In this document: piece after piece, positions 29,263 through 42,603 of the stretch
Numbering within the stretch: the first letter of the stretch is position 1
How the letters are laid out: every line of letters begins with the position of its first letter
DNA from: Mytilus edulis
Lineage: Eukaryota
Assembly (NCBI RefSeq): GCF_963676685.1
Contig: NC_092352.1
Coordinates: 17,050,001 to 17,114,000, forward strand
Direction: 5' to 3'
DNA length: 64,000 nt
The notes under the pieces: generated by a model
The model's input: only the letters and a program-made list of their open reading frames with translations
Databases searched by the model: none
What the model was told of the DNA's origin: nothing
Program-made: the position numbers and the translations under genes

Positions 29263-29617
29263 AATACTGGTAAATAAAATAAAAATAGTTTTATATTCCA
29301 AAAAATTAAGACTTTTAACAATTACTGTAAATCACAGGTTTTGATTGCATAATAAAACATATTCCACCGTCGAAATAAATCATCGTAACCATAGTGAAAA
29401 CACTATATATACTGATACGTTCTTCATAAGAGACTATTTAAAATAATGTTTAAACAATGTTATTTATAAATCAACAAGATCATAAATTTTAAAGAAACCC
29501 ATATACACTGGAGTAGAACCAAACGTTTGTTCTGATATAAGACTTGTAAGCAACGGATGTACACTGGATAACCGCTATGTGTGGTCATAAAAAAATACAC
29601 TTATTTCCTCTACGTAA

Positions 29618-29812
29618 TGTGGTATGATTGCCAATGAGACAAATTTCCATTAAAGTTCAAATGAAGTGGATGTGAGAAATTATAGGCAACCATAAAGCCT
29701 TAAAAAAAAGGAAAAAAACCAATACCCTTGAATTGGCTAGAAAAAGGCTAGAAACAGCCCAGGCAAGAAATGTATGAAACAATCCCATTGAGAAAACGAA
29801 CAGTGACTCTCA
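29618..29812 (-). repeat. Interspersed repeat ('tcattggcaatcataccacat' family), degenerate
   Basis: atgtggtatgattgccaatgagac motif. Related copies at ~37640-37810, ~41770-42015 and ~43890-44050. Strand assignment is nominal. Confidence 0.65.
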
Positions 29813-30823
29813 TTTTTAGCGTACCTGACCCAATGAGCTTTTTCTCATCTCTTGGCGTCCGCGGTCCGTTAACTTTTACAAAAACCATCTCCTTGGAAAC
29901 TACGGGGCCAAATTTAACCCAACTTGGCCACAATCATCATTTGGATATCTATTCTAAAAAAAAAATGTGTCCGATGACCCGGCCAACCAACCAAGATTGC
30001 CGCCTTGGCTAAAAATAGAACATATGGGCTAAAATGTAGATTTTGGCCTATATCTATGAAGCCAAAGCATTTAGAGCAAATCTGAAATGGGGTAAAATTG
30101 TTTATTAGGTCAAGATCTATCTGTCTTGTAATTTTCAGACAAATCGGACAACCCGTTGTTGGGTTGCTGCCCCTGAATTTTTGGTTATTATCTTGAGTAT
30201 TATAAAAGATAGAGATAAACTATAACATCAATAATGTTCAGCAAAGTAAGATCAACAATAAAGTCAACATGACCAAAATTGTCAATTGACCCCTTAAGGA
30301 GTAATTGCCCTTTCTATTCAATTTTTAACAATTTTTCGTAAAATTTTGTTATCTTTTCCAAATCTTTCTCTTCTGAAACTGCTAAGACAAATTTAACAAA
30401 ACTTGGCCACAATCTTCATTAAGGTTATTTGTTTTTAAAAAAATGTGTCCGATGAACCCAACCGCCAACCAAGATGGCCGACATGGCTAGAAATAGTACA
30501 TAGGGGTAAAATGCAGTGTTTGGCTGATATCTCTGAAACCAAAGCATTTAGAACAATCTGACATGATGTAAAATTGTTCATTAGGTCAGGATCTATCTGC
30601 TCTGAAATTGTCAGACGAATCAGCAACCCATTGGTGGGTTGCTGTTCCTGATTTAATTATTTTAAGGACACTTTGCAGTTTTGGGTTATTATCTTCAATA
30701 TTATTATAGATAAATTTAAACTGCAAACAGCAAAAATGTACAGCAAAGTAAGATCTACAAATAAATCATCATGACCATAATGGGCAATTGACCCCATAAG
30801 GAGTTATTGCCTTTTATAGTCAA
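29813..30823 (+). mobile_element. Helentron-associated (HINE/pearl-like) element, 3'-truncated, two ~500-bp internal units
   Basis: 5' end tttttagcgtacctgaccc...ttggcgtccg and internal units are homologous to the complete copy at 60677-62562. Confidence 0.85.
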
Positions 30824-30884
30824 ACGATTGAAAGAATGGATTTTGCAAAAATTGGCGCAAATGCCGATTGAATGTTCAAGGCTG

Positions 30885-31130
30885 TCATAGATCAGATTTA
30901 TTCGTTCAGTGCATGTTTACTTGTTTTTGATAATATGTCTTTTGATTGAGTTAAGCCATTTCAATTGAAATTTTATAGTTTGTCTTTCTATGTTGTGATG
31001 TTATCTTCAGTTAGAGATAAAGGTTGGCACATGTTAAAACGTTTAAACCCGCTGCATTTGTTTGCATCTGTCCTAAGTAAGAACCTAATATTCAGTTGTT
31101 GTCGTTTGTTGAAATATACATAAATGTAAG
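30885..31130 (+). repeat. Interspersed repeat fragment ('ctgtcc(c/t)aagtcagga' family)
   Basis: tttctatgttgtgatg...aaacccgctgcatttgtttgcatctgtcctaagtaagaacct. Related to 36600-36970. Confidence 0.55.
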
Positions 31131-31235
31131 CCATGATATATTAACGAAGTTTAGATAGATGCAAAGAAGAACCACTGACAACAGATGAGGACGATTTATG
31201 ATGCAGATGAAAACGTTTTTGGAAGTTGTTACTAA

Positions 31236-32255
31236 AACAAGAGGCTCTTTTAAAAAGAGCATGAATCGCTCACCTGTTATTTGTATGCTTAAATCTTGTA
31301 ATTAAGCCATAGTGTCTATGTTGGAACTGAAATACAAAATTTATTCAAGATTTATTTGAGAAGGGTTTTAAAGTTAAAAACATAAACAACTTGTATAAAT
31401 TGTCCTTAAAGGGCAATAACTCCTTAAGGGGTCAATGGACAATTTGGTCATAAATCTTTTTTGTACTTTTTAACTTTGCTGAACATTTTTGCTGTTTACA
31501 GTTTACCTTTATCTTCAATAATATTCAAGATAATAACCAGAAACTGCAAAATTTCTTTGAAATAACCAATTTAGTAGCAGCAACCCAATAATTGGTTATT
31601 CGGTTTGTCTGAACATTTCAGGGCTGATCTTGACCTCTAGAACATTTGTACACCATGTCAGATTTGATCTCAATGCTTTAGTTTCTGAGATAAATGTAAA
31701 AAACTGCATTTGACCCCTATGTTCTATTTTTAACTATGGCGGCCATGTTTGTTGATGGATTGAAAATTCGGATGCAATCCATAAGCTAGATTCATAAAGG
31801 GACATTCTTTTGAAGTAAAGAAGTATTAGGCACTAGTTTCAGAGGAAAATATTTTTAAACGTTAGCAAACTTGATGAACAAATTGTGTAAAATTATCTTT
31901 AAAGGGCAATAACTCCTTTAGGGTTCAATTGACAATTTTGGTTATATTAACTTTTTTGTAGATCTTACTTTGCTGAACATTATTGCTGTTTTATATATAT
32001 ATCTATAATAATATTCAAGATAATTACAAAAACTGCAAAATTTCCCTAAAACTACCAATTTAGTAGCAGCAACCCAACAATAAGTTGTTTGAATCGTCTC
32101 GAAATTTCTGGGCTGATAGATGTTGATCAATTGAACAAACTTACCCCATGTCAGATTTGCTCTAGAAGCTTTAGTTTTTGAGATATAAGCCAACAACTGT
32201 ATTTGACGCCTATATATATGTTCTATTTTTAGCAATGACGGCCATGTTTCTGTAC
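31236..32255 (-). mobile_element. HINE element, same family, reverse orientation, running into the assembly gap
   Basis: Reverse complement of the 3' end (aacaagaggctc...gagc...atcgctcacctg) plus two ~490-bp internal units. Confidence 0.88.
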
Positions 32256-32421
32256 NNNNNNNNNNNNNNNNNNNNNNNNNNNNNNNNNNNNNNNNNNNNN
32301 NNNNNNNNNNNNNNNNNNNNNNNNNNNNNNNNNNNNNNNNNNNNNNNNNNNNNNNNNNNNNNNNNNNNNNNNNNNNNNNNNNNNNNNNNNNNNNNNNNNN
32401 NNNNNNNNNNNNNNNNNNNNN
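32256..32421. other. Assembly gap (166 N)
   Basis: Run of N. Confidence 1.
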
Positions 32422-32799
32422 GTATTTGTAATGTACTTTTCTACGTTTTTTTTAATTGTCTCAACGGTATCTTCGGCCTCTTATTATATATAATTTTCCA
32501 AAAATATTTCAAAGGCGTAAGATGAAACCGAAAAGTTTGTGTGTGTGTAGATATATATATGTATGTATGTAGGATTGGGGCAAATGAAAAGAAAAAAAAT
32601 AAAGCAAATGTTTAGTTAAGGAGAAGTTAGTCAGTTTTGCCCCGGTTTCTGTGCATCGGAATTTCACTTTATTCCAATTTCTGAATTCAAACAGACTAAA
32701 TTGTTTTCCCCATGTAAGCTTTCAATTTTCAATAACGCAACAAGTATATTTCTATGCATGTTGATTTTTTTGGTTCGGTTTCTGACCTATTGACTTTTA

Positions 32800-33052
32800 C
32801 AGACTATTTACCGGGTTTGTAATAACATGAGCAACAAGACGGGTACCACATGTGGAGCAGGACTTGCTTACCCTTCCGGAACACCTGAGATCACCCCCTG
32901 GATTTTGGTGGGGTTCGTATTGCTTAGTCTTTAGTTTTCTATGTTGTGTTGTTTATACTATTATTTGTTTGTTTGTCTTCTCCTTTTTTTGTCCATGGCT
33001 TTGTCGGTTTATTTTTGATCTATGAGTTTCAATGTCCCTCTGGAATCTTTTA
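32800..33052 (+). mobile_element. 3' non-coding tail of the Penelope-like element
   Basis: agactatttaccgg...ccacatgtggagcagga...cttacccttccgga...cacctgagatcacc matches the reverse complement of 51042-51300. Confidence 0.88.
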
Positions 33053-34569
33053 CAGATTATCTCCTTATTCATGATAGTGTAAGTCATTGTAAAAGGTTTA
33101 ACCTTCATCCTCCAATAATTAATATCATTCACTCTCCCTCTTTAAAAGTACCTGATTTCATTACCAATAAAGCTAAGCGAACCAAAAATAGGCTTCTTGA
33201 TTTATCTTTATTCATCAAGACAAATAAAACAATTGAAATAATAAACCTTGTATGATATACATGAATTTAATATTTTACACATTGGTGGTAAAATTATAAC
33301 AACACTAGTTAATGCCAAGGAGGTCATATAACCTCCTTGTTAAAACTTACCAAAGAACAAAAAAGCGGTGGAGTTTGAAGGAAAAGAGACAACAAACGCA
33401 TTCTGTTTACACAAGCAAGGCTCACATCATTATTGAACTATAGTCCCTTAATCTTCTCCAGTTTTGTATAGGAGAAGGGTGTATGAATGTTTTATTCAGT
33501 CTTCAGACAGTGTAAAACATATTTCACTTGTTTCAATTGTCCCTTTTGGCCTAGCAAATTAGCCATGCTGTATTGCATGTAACTTTGTTAAATACTAGAA
33601 TGTTATCATCTTGAGTGTGGCTGAAATGTATGACACTAAATTTAAGAAGGGATCTGCAAGTTTTGTTAACTAGAATTCTACAGGAAGATGGTAATCGGTA
33701 GGACATATTCGCCAGTAATCATATCTCAGGTTCATCGGATTAAATAGTACGCCAGTACTTTGATTAAACTATCTTGTATCTCAACAGTCTTTTTTTCTCT
33801 CGAAATAACCTCAGAATTTCAGTTGTATGCAAACGCTATAAGGTTGTTACATTCATACAGATGTGTCCTCTCTTTCATATATTGCTAAATGCGTCCCCCT
33901 CTATAATTTGCGATAACTTAAACACAATCTAGATATTTTATGAGTATTTCAGCGTACATGACACAAATTGGTGCCACATGTAGAAATGTGACAACATGCG
34001 GTGACTACAACAGGAAGACGCAAGGAACAATCTCTTTCCGGTGTTTTGTGGTTTGATTGATTGATTATGGTCTAATGACAACTGTAATTTACCTTTACTG
34101 CCTGTTGTTATTTCCGATATATTCATCGCTGTGTCAAAAGCTATTGTATAGTCTCTGTAGAATGGAAAGTACAGAAAGTTCGCATGTCCATTTTCAATAC
34201 TAACCGAATTGATTTTTAAAATTTACAACTTTTTGCCGATATTTTGCGTTCATATTCTTTTGAGTTTTGAGAATTATAGTGATGAAACTGATAACAGTTT
34301 GTTTAGTGGCTTATTTAGTTTATTGCAATGATGTTTATAAAGTGGCTTGGCTATTCAAAGCCTAATTTAGGAAGTTAAAAGCAACCGTATTAAGTTGCCT
34401 ATACAGTTCGTTTTGAAGGTTATATTGTTAATATTTTTCACGTACACGGTAACTCGGTAACTCCTGTTCATAGACCACAGACAAGTCATGCAAAATACTT
34501 TGAAATGTGGTATTCGAAGCTTCTCAACCAGGAAAGAGACATGGACGAGACACCAACCTAATTATTTTA

Positions 34570-34837
34570 CAGCCGATTGCATTGAGTGTGTAGGTAAAGG
34601 TAATTGTCTTTGGTTAGCTTTCTTGCTAGCTGAACTGTGAAGTCATTATTATGTAAGGTATACTGCCCTTCTTTCGAAGTCGTCTAGTCCTACAGACAGA
34701 TAGATTGGTTATCTGTCGGACTAGCCTACTCTTAAAGGAGTGTAGTTTACCTAACCTAATAATGACTTCACGGTTCAGCTTGCAAGCAAGCTAACCAAAG
34801 ACATTACCTTTACCTACACACTCAATGCAATTGGCTG
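34570..34837. mobile_element. 268-bp fold-back MITE, almost entirely palindromic
   Basis: CAGCCGATTGCATTGAGTGTGTAGG... pairs with ...CCTACACACTCAATGCAATTGGCTG nearly to the centre. TA on both flanks. Confidence 0.92.
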
Positions 34838-35965
34838 TAAATGTTCGGTTCAGTAACAACTGCCTCGATTGTCTTGAAAACTAGCGTGTATTACATACTC
34901 GATACTCGTATATTATGAAGTGCTTGTCGGCGACATTTCCTTATGTAGACAGCTGCCTAGCGAGATCGCAAATCAAGAATCTGGCTAACCGTCTCGTTCT
35001 GCGTAGTAATAAAAAAGAGGGGGTTTGATCACATCGCACACTCATTTTATCGTCTTGAATATGCACAGAATATTTTCTGCTGAATATTTAAGTCACAATC
35101 CAAGAACATCATCACATTCTTGACAAATTCGATTGCTCACGATCTATCTGGAGGCTCTTTTGAATATTTTCTCATTATCATTCTGGAAAACTCTTCAGTC
35201 TTAACATAAGAACACATTGTCATATTCATTATTATTATTTCTTTATGTTGAAAGGTATACTACTTGATAGTTATTATATATTATCTAATCTGTAATGAAC
35301 TACATGCAATAATGTCAATATGTAAGAATGTAACCGTCGAGGTCGTGGGACGTGCGAAAACTTTATTGGTGATATAATCATATGTTCATTTTTGATTGAT
35401 AGAGAACTTTCCAAATGCATTATGCATATCTTTAGTCTAATTAAAAAGATCTAACCTGGTATATGATACCTCTTGGATTCATTTGGGTCTATAATCAGCA
35501 AGAGCGCCATTTGACCCTGCAGTGATATTTTATTTCAAATAATGCTAGTTTTATTTCATTGACAGCGCTCTCTTTTTGGTCAAGAAAAGAACACACACTC
35601 TTATACAACTGTACACCAAATCTTCTATCAAAAAAAAGATATTTCAACATCAAAGTTCGCTTTCACACATTATAAAATATTTTTATGTTTCGCTGACTCA
35701 ATCAAACGACTCTTTAATTGAATAAGTAAAATTTGTGATAAACTGAAAAGTTCTGAAATAATTTGTGAGAACTCCTGTATTGATCAAAGATCTGAGTGGC
35801 GGAGCCACTGGAAAAAATGTAATCAAGGGGTCTGGGGCGATAGTTATAACATTCTTTTTGGAAAACAAAATTGCTTAAATTATTTGTAAGAAAATTCCTT
35901 CAATGCTGTACTTCAGCTATGACACTGAATTTTTTTGATATGATTTTTTTAAAGAAAAAAATACT

Positions 35966-36290
35966 AATCCGTGATCTCGGCTTAATAATTCGTGATATTG
36001 GATTAAAAATACTTGATAGTGGATTAATAATCCGTGATATAGTATAAATAATCCGTGATATCGTATTAATAATCAGTGATATCGTATTAATACTCCGTGA
36101 TATCGTATTAATAATCCATAGTATCGTATTAATAATCTGTGATATCGGAGTAATGACTACATATATCAGATAACTAATCCGTGATCTCGGACTTCAATCC
36201 GAAATCGCACATTTATAATCCGTGATCTCGTTTTCCCAATCTGTGATCTCGGATTACTAACTTCACTGAAATCTCGAATCTCGGATAAAT
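35966..36290. repeat. 21-bp minisatellite (taataatccgtgatatcgtat)n, about 14-15 degenerate units
   Basis: Repeated aatccgtgat(a/c)tcg core at 21-bp period. Confidence 0.92.
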
Positions 36291-36319
36291 AATGCACTAT
36301 ACAAAAAAAATGGACAATG

Positions 36320-36535
36320 TTTCACTATCAAAGGGGTCATACGTTAAAGTCATAACCAGAATGACTAATGCTAAATTTTCGACGCATTCGGCCTTCCCAT
36401 GTTACATCAGCATATCAATTTTAGTCAATCTTAGTTTTAAGGAACGAAAGTTATGCACAGGACAGAAATTATACTATATTTTGCTATCATTGGGATCAAA
36501 GTCAAGGTCAGATTACATCATTTGGAAACCGAGAC
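36320..36535. repeat. Probable internal fragment of another HINE-type element
   Basis: aaagttatgcacaggacagaaa...tcaaagtcaaggtcaga motifs, which I recall as typical of such internal units. No ends found. Confidence 0.4.
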
Positions 36536-36599
36536 AACAGAAAAGTGATTGGGAATCAGAGATTACGTATTAGTAGCACGCAATGACGGAATATCAATT

Positions 36600-36970
36600 A
36601 GATATCACGTATTTTATTCTTTTTCTATGTTGTGGTGGTCCATCACTCTGAGGTTAAGGAAGGGAAGGTGCCTGCATGTATGTTTATCCCCACCTAATTC
36701 CATATGTGCCTGTCACAAGTCAGGAGCCTGTAAGTTGTTACAGTTTGCTGATGTTTATCAAATTTCTTTTTCGTTTAATGATTTGTAGTTTGCTCTTGTG
36801 TTCTGTTGCACCACTGTCCGATGTAAAGTGGGAGGATTGGGCACCCGCTAACATGCATGGGCACATTATATGTGCATGTTCATAGCCAGGAGCATGTATA
36901 ATTCAGTAGATGCATGTCGTTTATTATTGTAAATCTTATTTGTTTTTGATTTATTGTTTTGTACAAAATC
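36600..36970 (+). repeat. Two degenerate units of the 'gcctgtcccaagtcaggagcc' repeat
   Basis: gtgcctgtcacaagtcaggagcctgta near 36706 and a more decayed unit near 36870. Confidence 0.6.
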
Positions 36971-37401
36971 TGGCACATCTTCTTATTTTTAGATCTCTAT
37001 AATTATAAAGTGTACTTTCTTATCATACGAAATATGAGAGTTCTCTGAATATATAATGGTTTGTACTATTGATGAGAGAACTCTAATCCAATCTGATTAA
37101 CTTGACATCTCAAAATATTTGAGTATTTTTTAAAACGGTTTCAACATCATTGAAAATATTCTCAAATCATTATGCGTGAATATTATTTAGAATTGAATCA
37201 AATTTAAGACATCTCTTATTAACTTAGAGATCATGTATATATGTCACTGTTGTAATGAACTGTCAATTGTTCAATAGGTACTTTTATTGATGTTTGAATA
37301 TCTCTCATTTCCTTAAATGAATGTCCATATACATATAAAACAGATGTCCTCGTTTTAAATTTTTGTTTATATTTTGTCATTTCCAATGTCGTTTTAGAAT
37401 A

Positions 37402-37640
37402 TTTTTTATGCCACACTTACGACAGTGTTTTTCGGTCTGTGCGTCCGTTTGTTCGTCCGTCCTTCGCGCGTCAAGTTTTTTGGTCCATGTAGTTTTTGGT
37501 GAAGTTGAAGTCCAAAAAACTTGAAACTCAGAACACATTTTTCCCTATACATGATAGGATTTTTTTTTATTTTAATGCTCAACTCAACATAGAAAATCAC
37601 AGTGCAAGTGGGACAGCCGTGTACTATGGACACATTCTTA
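37402..37640 (+). mobile_element. Short HINE-type element
   Basis: 5' ttttttatgcca, a (gtcc/gttc)n microsatellite, and a 3' short hairpin gtgtactatggacac followed by attctt. Confidence 0.65.
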
Positions 37641-38521
37641 AACCGTAAATTAGGCTGTTGGTTTTCTACTTTAAATAGTTCTACATTTTGTTTTGCCATA
37701 GCCTTTTAGAGCTTACTATATACGGTATGCATGGCTTCAAGTTTTATTTTTATGCCAGGGCTTTTTTTATATATTAACTCATTAGCAATCATATCACATC
37801 TTCTTTTTTATATTAATTTGTAGGATTTTCTTCTAAAAAAGACAAATTAAAATTTTACAAGTCTTTAATTCTGGTTTTAAGTAGGGATATCCTTGTGTGT
37901 TTCAAGTATAGGAAGTTCTCTTTTTGAATTTAAAGTCATAAGAAACGAGTGACCGGTGAAAAATAATGTTCTTCCAATTATTGAACCAATGCATACAAAC
38001 ATCATAAACTTAGTCTTCTGTGCACGAATTTATCATTTTTTTCGTGTAAATTTCGTATAATCGTTAATTTTTTCTTTCAATCGGTCATAAAGTTCGTGTT
38101 TTGAAGCCGAAGTTTAACGATTGTCACCTGTTTGTCAACAATCGATAAAAAATCAACAAAAAAGGATAGAAATTGAGCACGTGTTTAACATGTAAATTCA
38201 GATAATTATAGTTTATTTTAAGGACATCCATGCGTATTGTGATCACCGGACTTTTACGAGATGGGTCACACTGAGGTTCCTTTGCCGGCATACGGAAAAT
38301 ATGTCGGGGGGATTGCTTCCTGGAAGGAGGCAATTAAAATAAAGTAAACGTCTTCTAAATATGAATAAATTAAAGAATTTTCTTCAGAAAAAAGTATATG
38401 TATGCATTATTTTTTTGATTTGAGGTTTCCAAGTTATGACTTTAAAGTTTGGTAAATAGAATTGATAGCAGTCCACACTAATATAAAATGATTCCAGTTC
38501 CTAAATCATATACTATAGTAA

Positions 38522-38720
38522 GGCAGCAACCATTTGATTTTCTGGAGGGGGGGCTATGTTTTTTTATCTGTACAAATATTTTTTTTCGCCTGCGGCTAAA
38601 AACAAACTATTTTTTTCGCGACAAGTCGAAAACAATTTTTTCCTTATTCAAAACAAATTATTTTTTCTCCAAAAACTTCAAAAAAGCCCCCCCCCCCTCC
38701 CCCAGAAAATAGTTGCTGCC
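38522..38720. mobile_element. 199-bp MITE, PIF/Harbinger-like
   Basis: TIR GGCAGCAAC / GTTGCTGCC with subterminal ttttctgg..G-run / C-run..ccagaaaa. TAA on both flanks. Confidence 0.85.
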
Positions 38721-39029
38721 TAATGGCGCTCAATAAAATACTAATTCATGTTGTATGCTTGTTATTGTCAGAAAACTTATTTTTCAGATTAGTATCATAT
38801 AAGTTATAAGTTTATTCATTTCACCTGTCAAAATGGACTTTTTTCTTATGATTCGTCGTTAGTTCATGTCTCTTATAAATACATGTTTGTGACAAAATCA
38901 CAGATGCTTGGGGCATAAACCCCTTGATTTTCTTAATGTTTTAGCTTATTTTCTCAAACTTTTTGTGTTTCTGTTCTTTTCCATATAAATTTGCAATAAC
39001 CGTAGTTCAGTCTATATATATATCAGTTC

Positions 39030-39180
39030 AGTCTAAATGGCCGATTGGTTTAAAGCGAGTGATACAGTACAGGCGGTGTTATCTCGATAATCCAATAGCA
39101 TGAGTTCGAATCCCGGCGAGGGCAGAACAAACAATTGCTTCCGTAAGTTGCAAATTTAACATTTGATGTGCTGATATTTA
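39030..39180 (+). mobile_element. tRNA-derived SINE (5' part)
   Basis: Pol III A box TGGCCGATTGG (39038) and B box GAGTTCGAATCCC (39102). No intact cloverleaf. Confidence 0.7.
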
Positions 39181-41045
39181 CACTAGCTATGCACAATATG
39201 TGCTATACCTTTCGAGTCTCATTTCCACCTGGAAAAAGTTTAATAAAAAAGCTTGACCCTTAAAAAAGAATAAATTAGAGGTCCATACATCAGGCGAAAG
39301 TGGAATAATACGCGGCACATGCAGTCGTTAAAACGATGTCACAGACGTGCATGATACCTATTGTGTTTTTGTGTTGTTAAGTTAACGAGTAGATGACCAT
39401 TTATATTTCCAATAAATTTAATATTGTTATTTTAGAGAATTTTATTTTAATACCCGCATTAAGTACAAAAGTTTGAACATAAATAAACTCCATGTTCAAG
39501 TTTTTTCCCAGTATTATACTTCCATTTCCGATAAACTTCAAATTATAAGGTGCTTTAACGAATTGCCACTTTATTTTATATGTTACTCAAGGATTTGTAT
39601 AGTACTATACAAATCCTTGGTTACTGAACTTCAGAAAGCAACGAGGGACGGCGGCGCTGCATTACAGGATGGCGCAGTACATGCAATATTTATTAAAATT
39701 ACAAAGAAAATGTGGTTTCCTATTCTTATGTCTGACGTTGATAATGTCACCATTTTGCAACGATTTTTTTTATATATATGCATATAGTTTTGTTTAAGAA
39801 ATTGTAGAAAAAAAACACCTAACTATACTGAAAATGGGCTGTATTATGTAATTTCCTTCTTCCGATTTCTAGTGACAGGTATTCTAGTTTTGCACTAAAA
39901 GCGAGATTAATAGGATATGTACACGAAAAATATTGCATGTTATCGAATAAAGTGTTTTTTCCATTATTTAAAAAATGTTTATTTGAATGGGAGTGTTAAT
40001 TTTTGCCAAGATAGGGCTTGCGGACTTTTAACTCTTTAATGAAAAAAATGTATGTTAACATGAATGAAAAGTAAATAATATATATAACTTTTGTTAACGA
40101 CATTTTCCGTCGGCTTTCCATGAGGGATGTCTCGTACGCTCGGTAAAAATTCAACTATTCTCTCACTGTCGCAAAAAAAGACAACAACAAAAATGTATAA
40201 TGTCACATGTAATCGGTTCATTATAGGCAAAGAAACCATGATCAAATTATAATATGGAGTAGCATTGAAGCGATGAACAAATATTAAATTAAAATCTTGG
40301 ATACAAAAAACGAAGAAATCATACTAATCTAGTTACCCATGTCAAAAGTAAATACGTAAATGGTCTTAAAGAGTTTAAAAGTCTGGTCATTTACTTTATG
40401 AAATATTGATAAGATTAAGGTTATTTTGAGTATAAATCAAAAGATTAACGTTCTAAAGAAATAAGATTGGTTAATCGTTTTATTGAATACCGTACAAACA
40501 TTCGAATTTCAAATAAGGATTGTATATAATTTGTCTTTTCCCTATCTTAACTTCGGGGAAACACAAAGCGTATTAACTCTATCGATAACATGTTAAACAT
40601 ATTTATCAAAAATCACGGGGAGTTAAGTGTAAATTAACAAGACCCTTGGTTTCACCTTTAGATAAACATTACTTGTTTAAACAAACATTCCATTCGTACC
40701 AATTGAGTGCACCTTCAAAAACAAATTCACAAGGGTGTGCTTATTGCTGCACGTTCACGAATGGTCAGAGTGAGAGCATTAGTTACGCGGGTTAGAAGAT
40801 AAGTGAGTTCTTTTGGTGTTTCGTCCTCTAATCAAGTCACACCCAATTTGAATTTCATTCGAACAGAATATAGATATATACTATAGACACTCTAATTGGT
40901 AAGTTGTTGTATATCAGCATCACAGTTGATTATTATCCTGTTTTACTGAGTTCATGCACATTGCTACTAGTAAATAATCAAATTACTTATAAATAAGAGC
41001 ACCAGGTCTTGAAAAAATGCGATCCAAATAACTAAATGATACATG

Positions 41046-41085
41046 CAGTGGCGGATTTAGGGGGGACTGACTGCCCCCTCCCCAT
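41046..41085 (+). mobile_element. Solo left end of a CAGTGGCGGAT-type MITE
   Basis: cagtggcggatttagggggg resembles the ends of 45954-46106. No right end found. Confidence 0.45.
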
Positions 41086-42375
41086 ATGAAAATTTCAGGA
41101 TTCGCAACTTACAAACCGATTCGAGTTAAAATATAACACTCATTGGAACCTAAATACAGGTACAGAAGCCAAGGTCAAGCATTAGAGATGACACATTAGA
41201 GTTATTACGTTCATTGACAGTAACAAGTTATTTTCCATTTATGTTTTAAGTTCTAAAGACATTAAATGGGACAGAAATCCCTGTGTTGTGTGACACTATG
41301 CATTTATTTGATTAAAAGCTTAGATTTTTCACGATCAAAACTGAAGTAAGAGTAAAAGCTATAATATGCGGTCTAACTCTGAGTTTGATCTTTGATGATT
41401 CAAAGTCAGGCAAACTGGTCATTAATTATGCTGTGGTAATAGATTAAATTTATCAAATTATAAAGGCACGTATCAATTATTGAATCATTGGTGTTTGTTT
41501 AAAAATTCATATATGCTTTAAACCAAGACCCATGAGACTATAAAAATAGTAAAGCTATAAATCGTTAATATCGGGATTTTAACGAAATGACTTGATTTTT
41601 CGCGGATTTCCTATTCCGATAATGTATCAAGAGACACAATCACTTCCTGACCTTTAACTCGAACATCGTTCTTTTCGAGAGAAAAAAAGCACGAATGTTA
41701 AAGTGTACAATTTGACAGAGGAAAGAACCAGAAACAACTGTCCTATCAGACTGATAGCAGCTGTATAAAAATAAAGAGATATGTTTTGATAGTCAATACA
41801 TGTGGGTGTAAATATCTATTCACGGGTTTTCGCATCGTACGGCCTTCAACACTGAGCAAATCCCATACCGTAAAGTAAGTGATCAGGCTCTGACATGCCA
41901 TGACGTTGAGCGAATTCTAACAAAGAAAACGGCATAATGTATGTACAAAACGAAAAAAAAGAGATATAATTGAACCACTAAAATACAAGCAAGAAAATGG
42001 CATGGTTAAACATGTTCGCATAAAGATAGAGATTTGATGGATATATTGATATTGACGAATGTCAACAACTAGTGGTAAATTTTACATGCTAATCGTGACG
42101 AGAAACCGACATATTACTATAGACCAAACACATGGAGCCAGATTTTTACATTTTATAAAAAGTTAAACAGTCCGCATGTCATAAATCACGAAGATATTCT
42201 GAACCAGAGCCACCAGTCTCTTTCTTCTATATCTATGTCAGAATTTTGGAGAGAAACATACAAAGACCAACTTTTACGTTTTTCGGTTTGGCCTGTCCAG
42301 GGATCCAACAAACGACCTCCCACATCCACACATTATCAAAAGCTGCCAACGATGAGATGAGTTCGATACCTATTT

Positions 42376-42603
42376 GGTTGATTATTGGTGTTTAAAGCCA
42401 CTTCCATCACTCTTTGCTATATCATGGCAGCCAGTTTTAAATGGTTGAGAAAGACGGAGTACCCGGAGAGATTATTTGATCATCGGATGCAATACTGGTA
42501 AGATCGAAGTCGAAAGCACCTTGCCTCGGTGGGTTCGAACTCACAACGTCAGTATTGACATGGTAGTGATCATTGTAAATGAACTGTTTTGACCACTCGC
42601 TAA
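42376..42603 (-). mobile_element. tRNA-derived SINE with V-domain-like core
   Basis: On the minus strand: A box-like TAGCGAGTGGTC and B box GAGTTCGAACCC. Central cggagtacccggaga resembles the V-SINE domain as I recall it. Confidence 0.7.

Noticed and set aside
35966-36290. Regularly spaced repeats resembling a CRISPR array
   Set aside because: Units are contiguous with no unique spacers, the context is eukaryotic and there are no cas genes.
39030-39125. Possible tRNA gene
   Set aside because: A and B boxes are present but there is no acceptor or anticodon stem, so it is treated as a SINE head.
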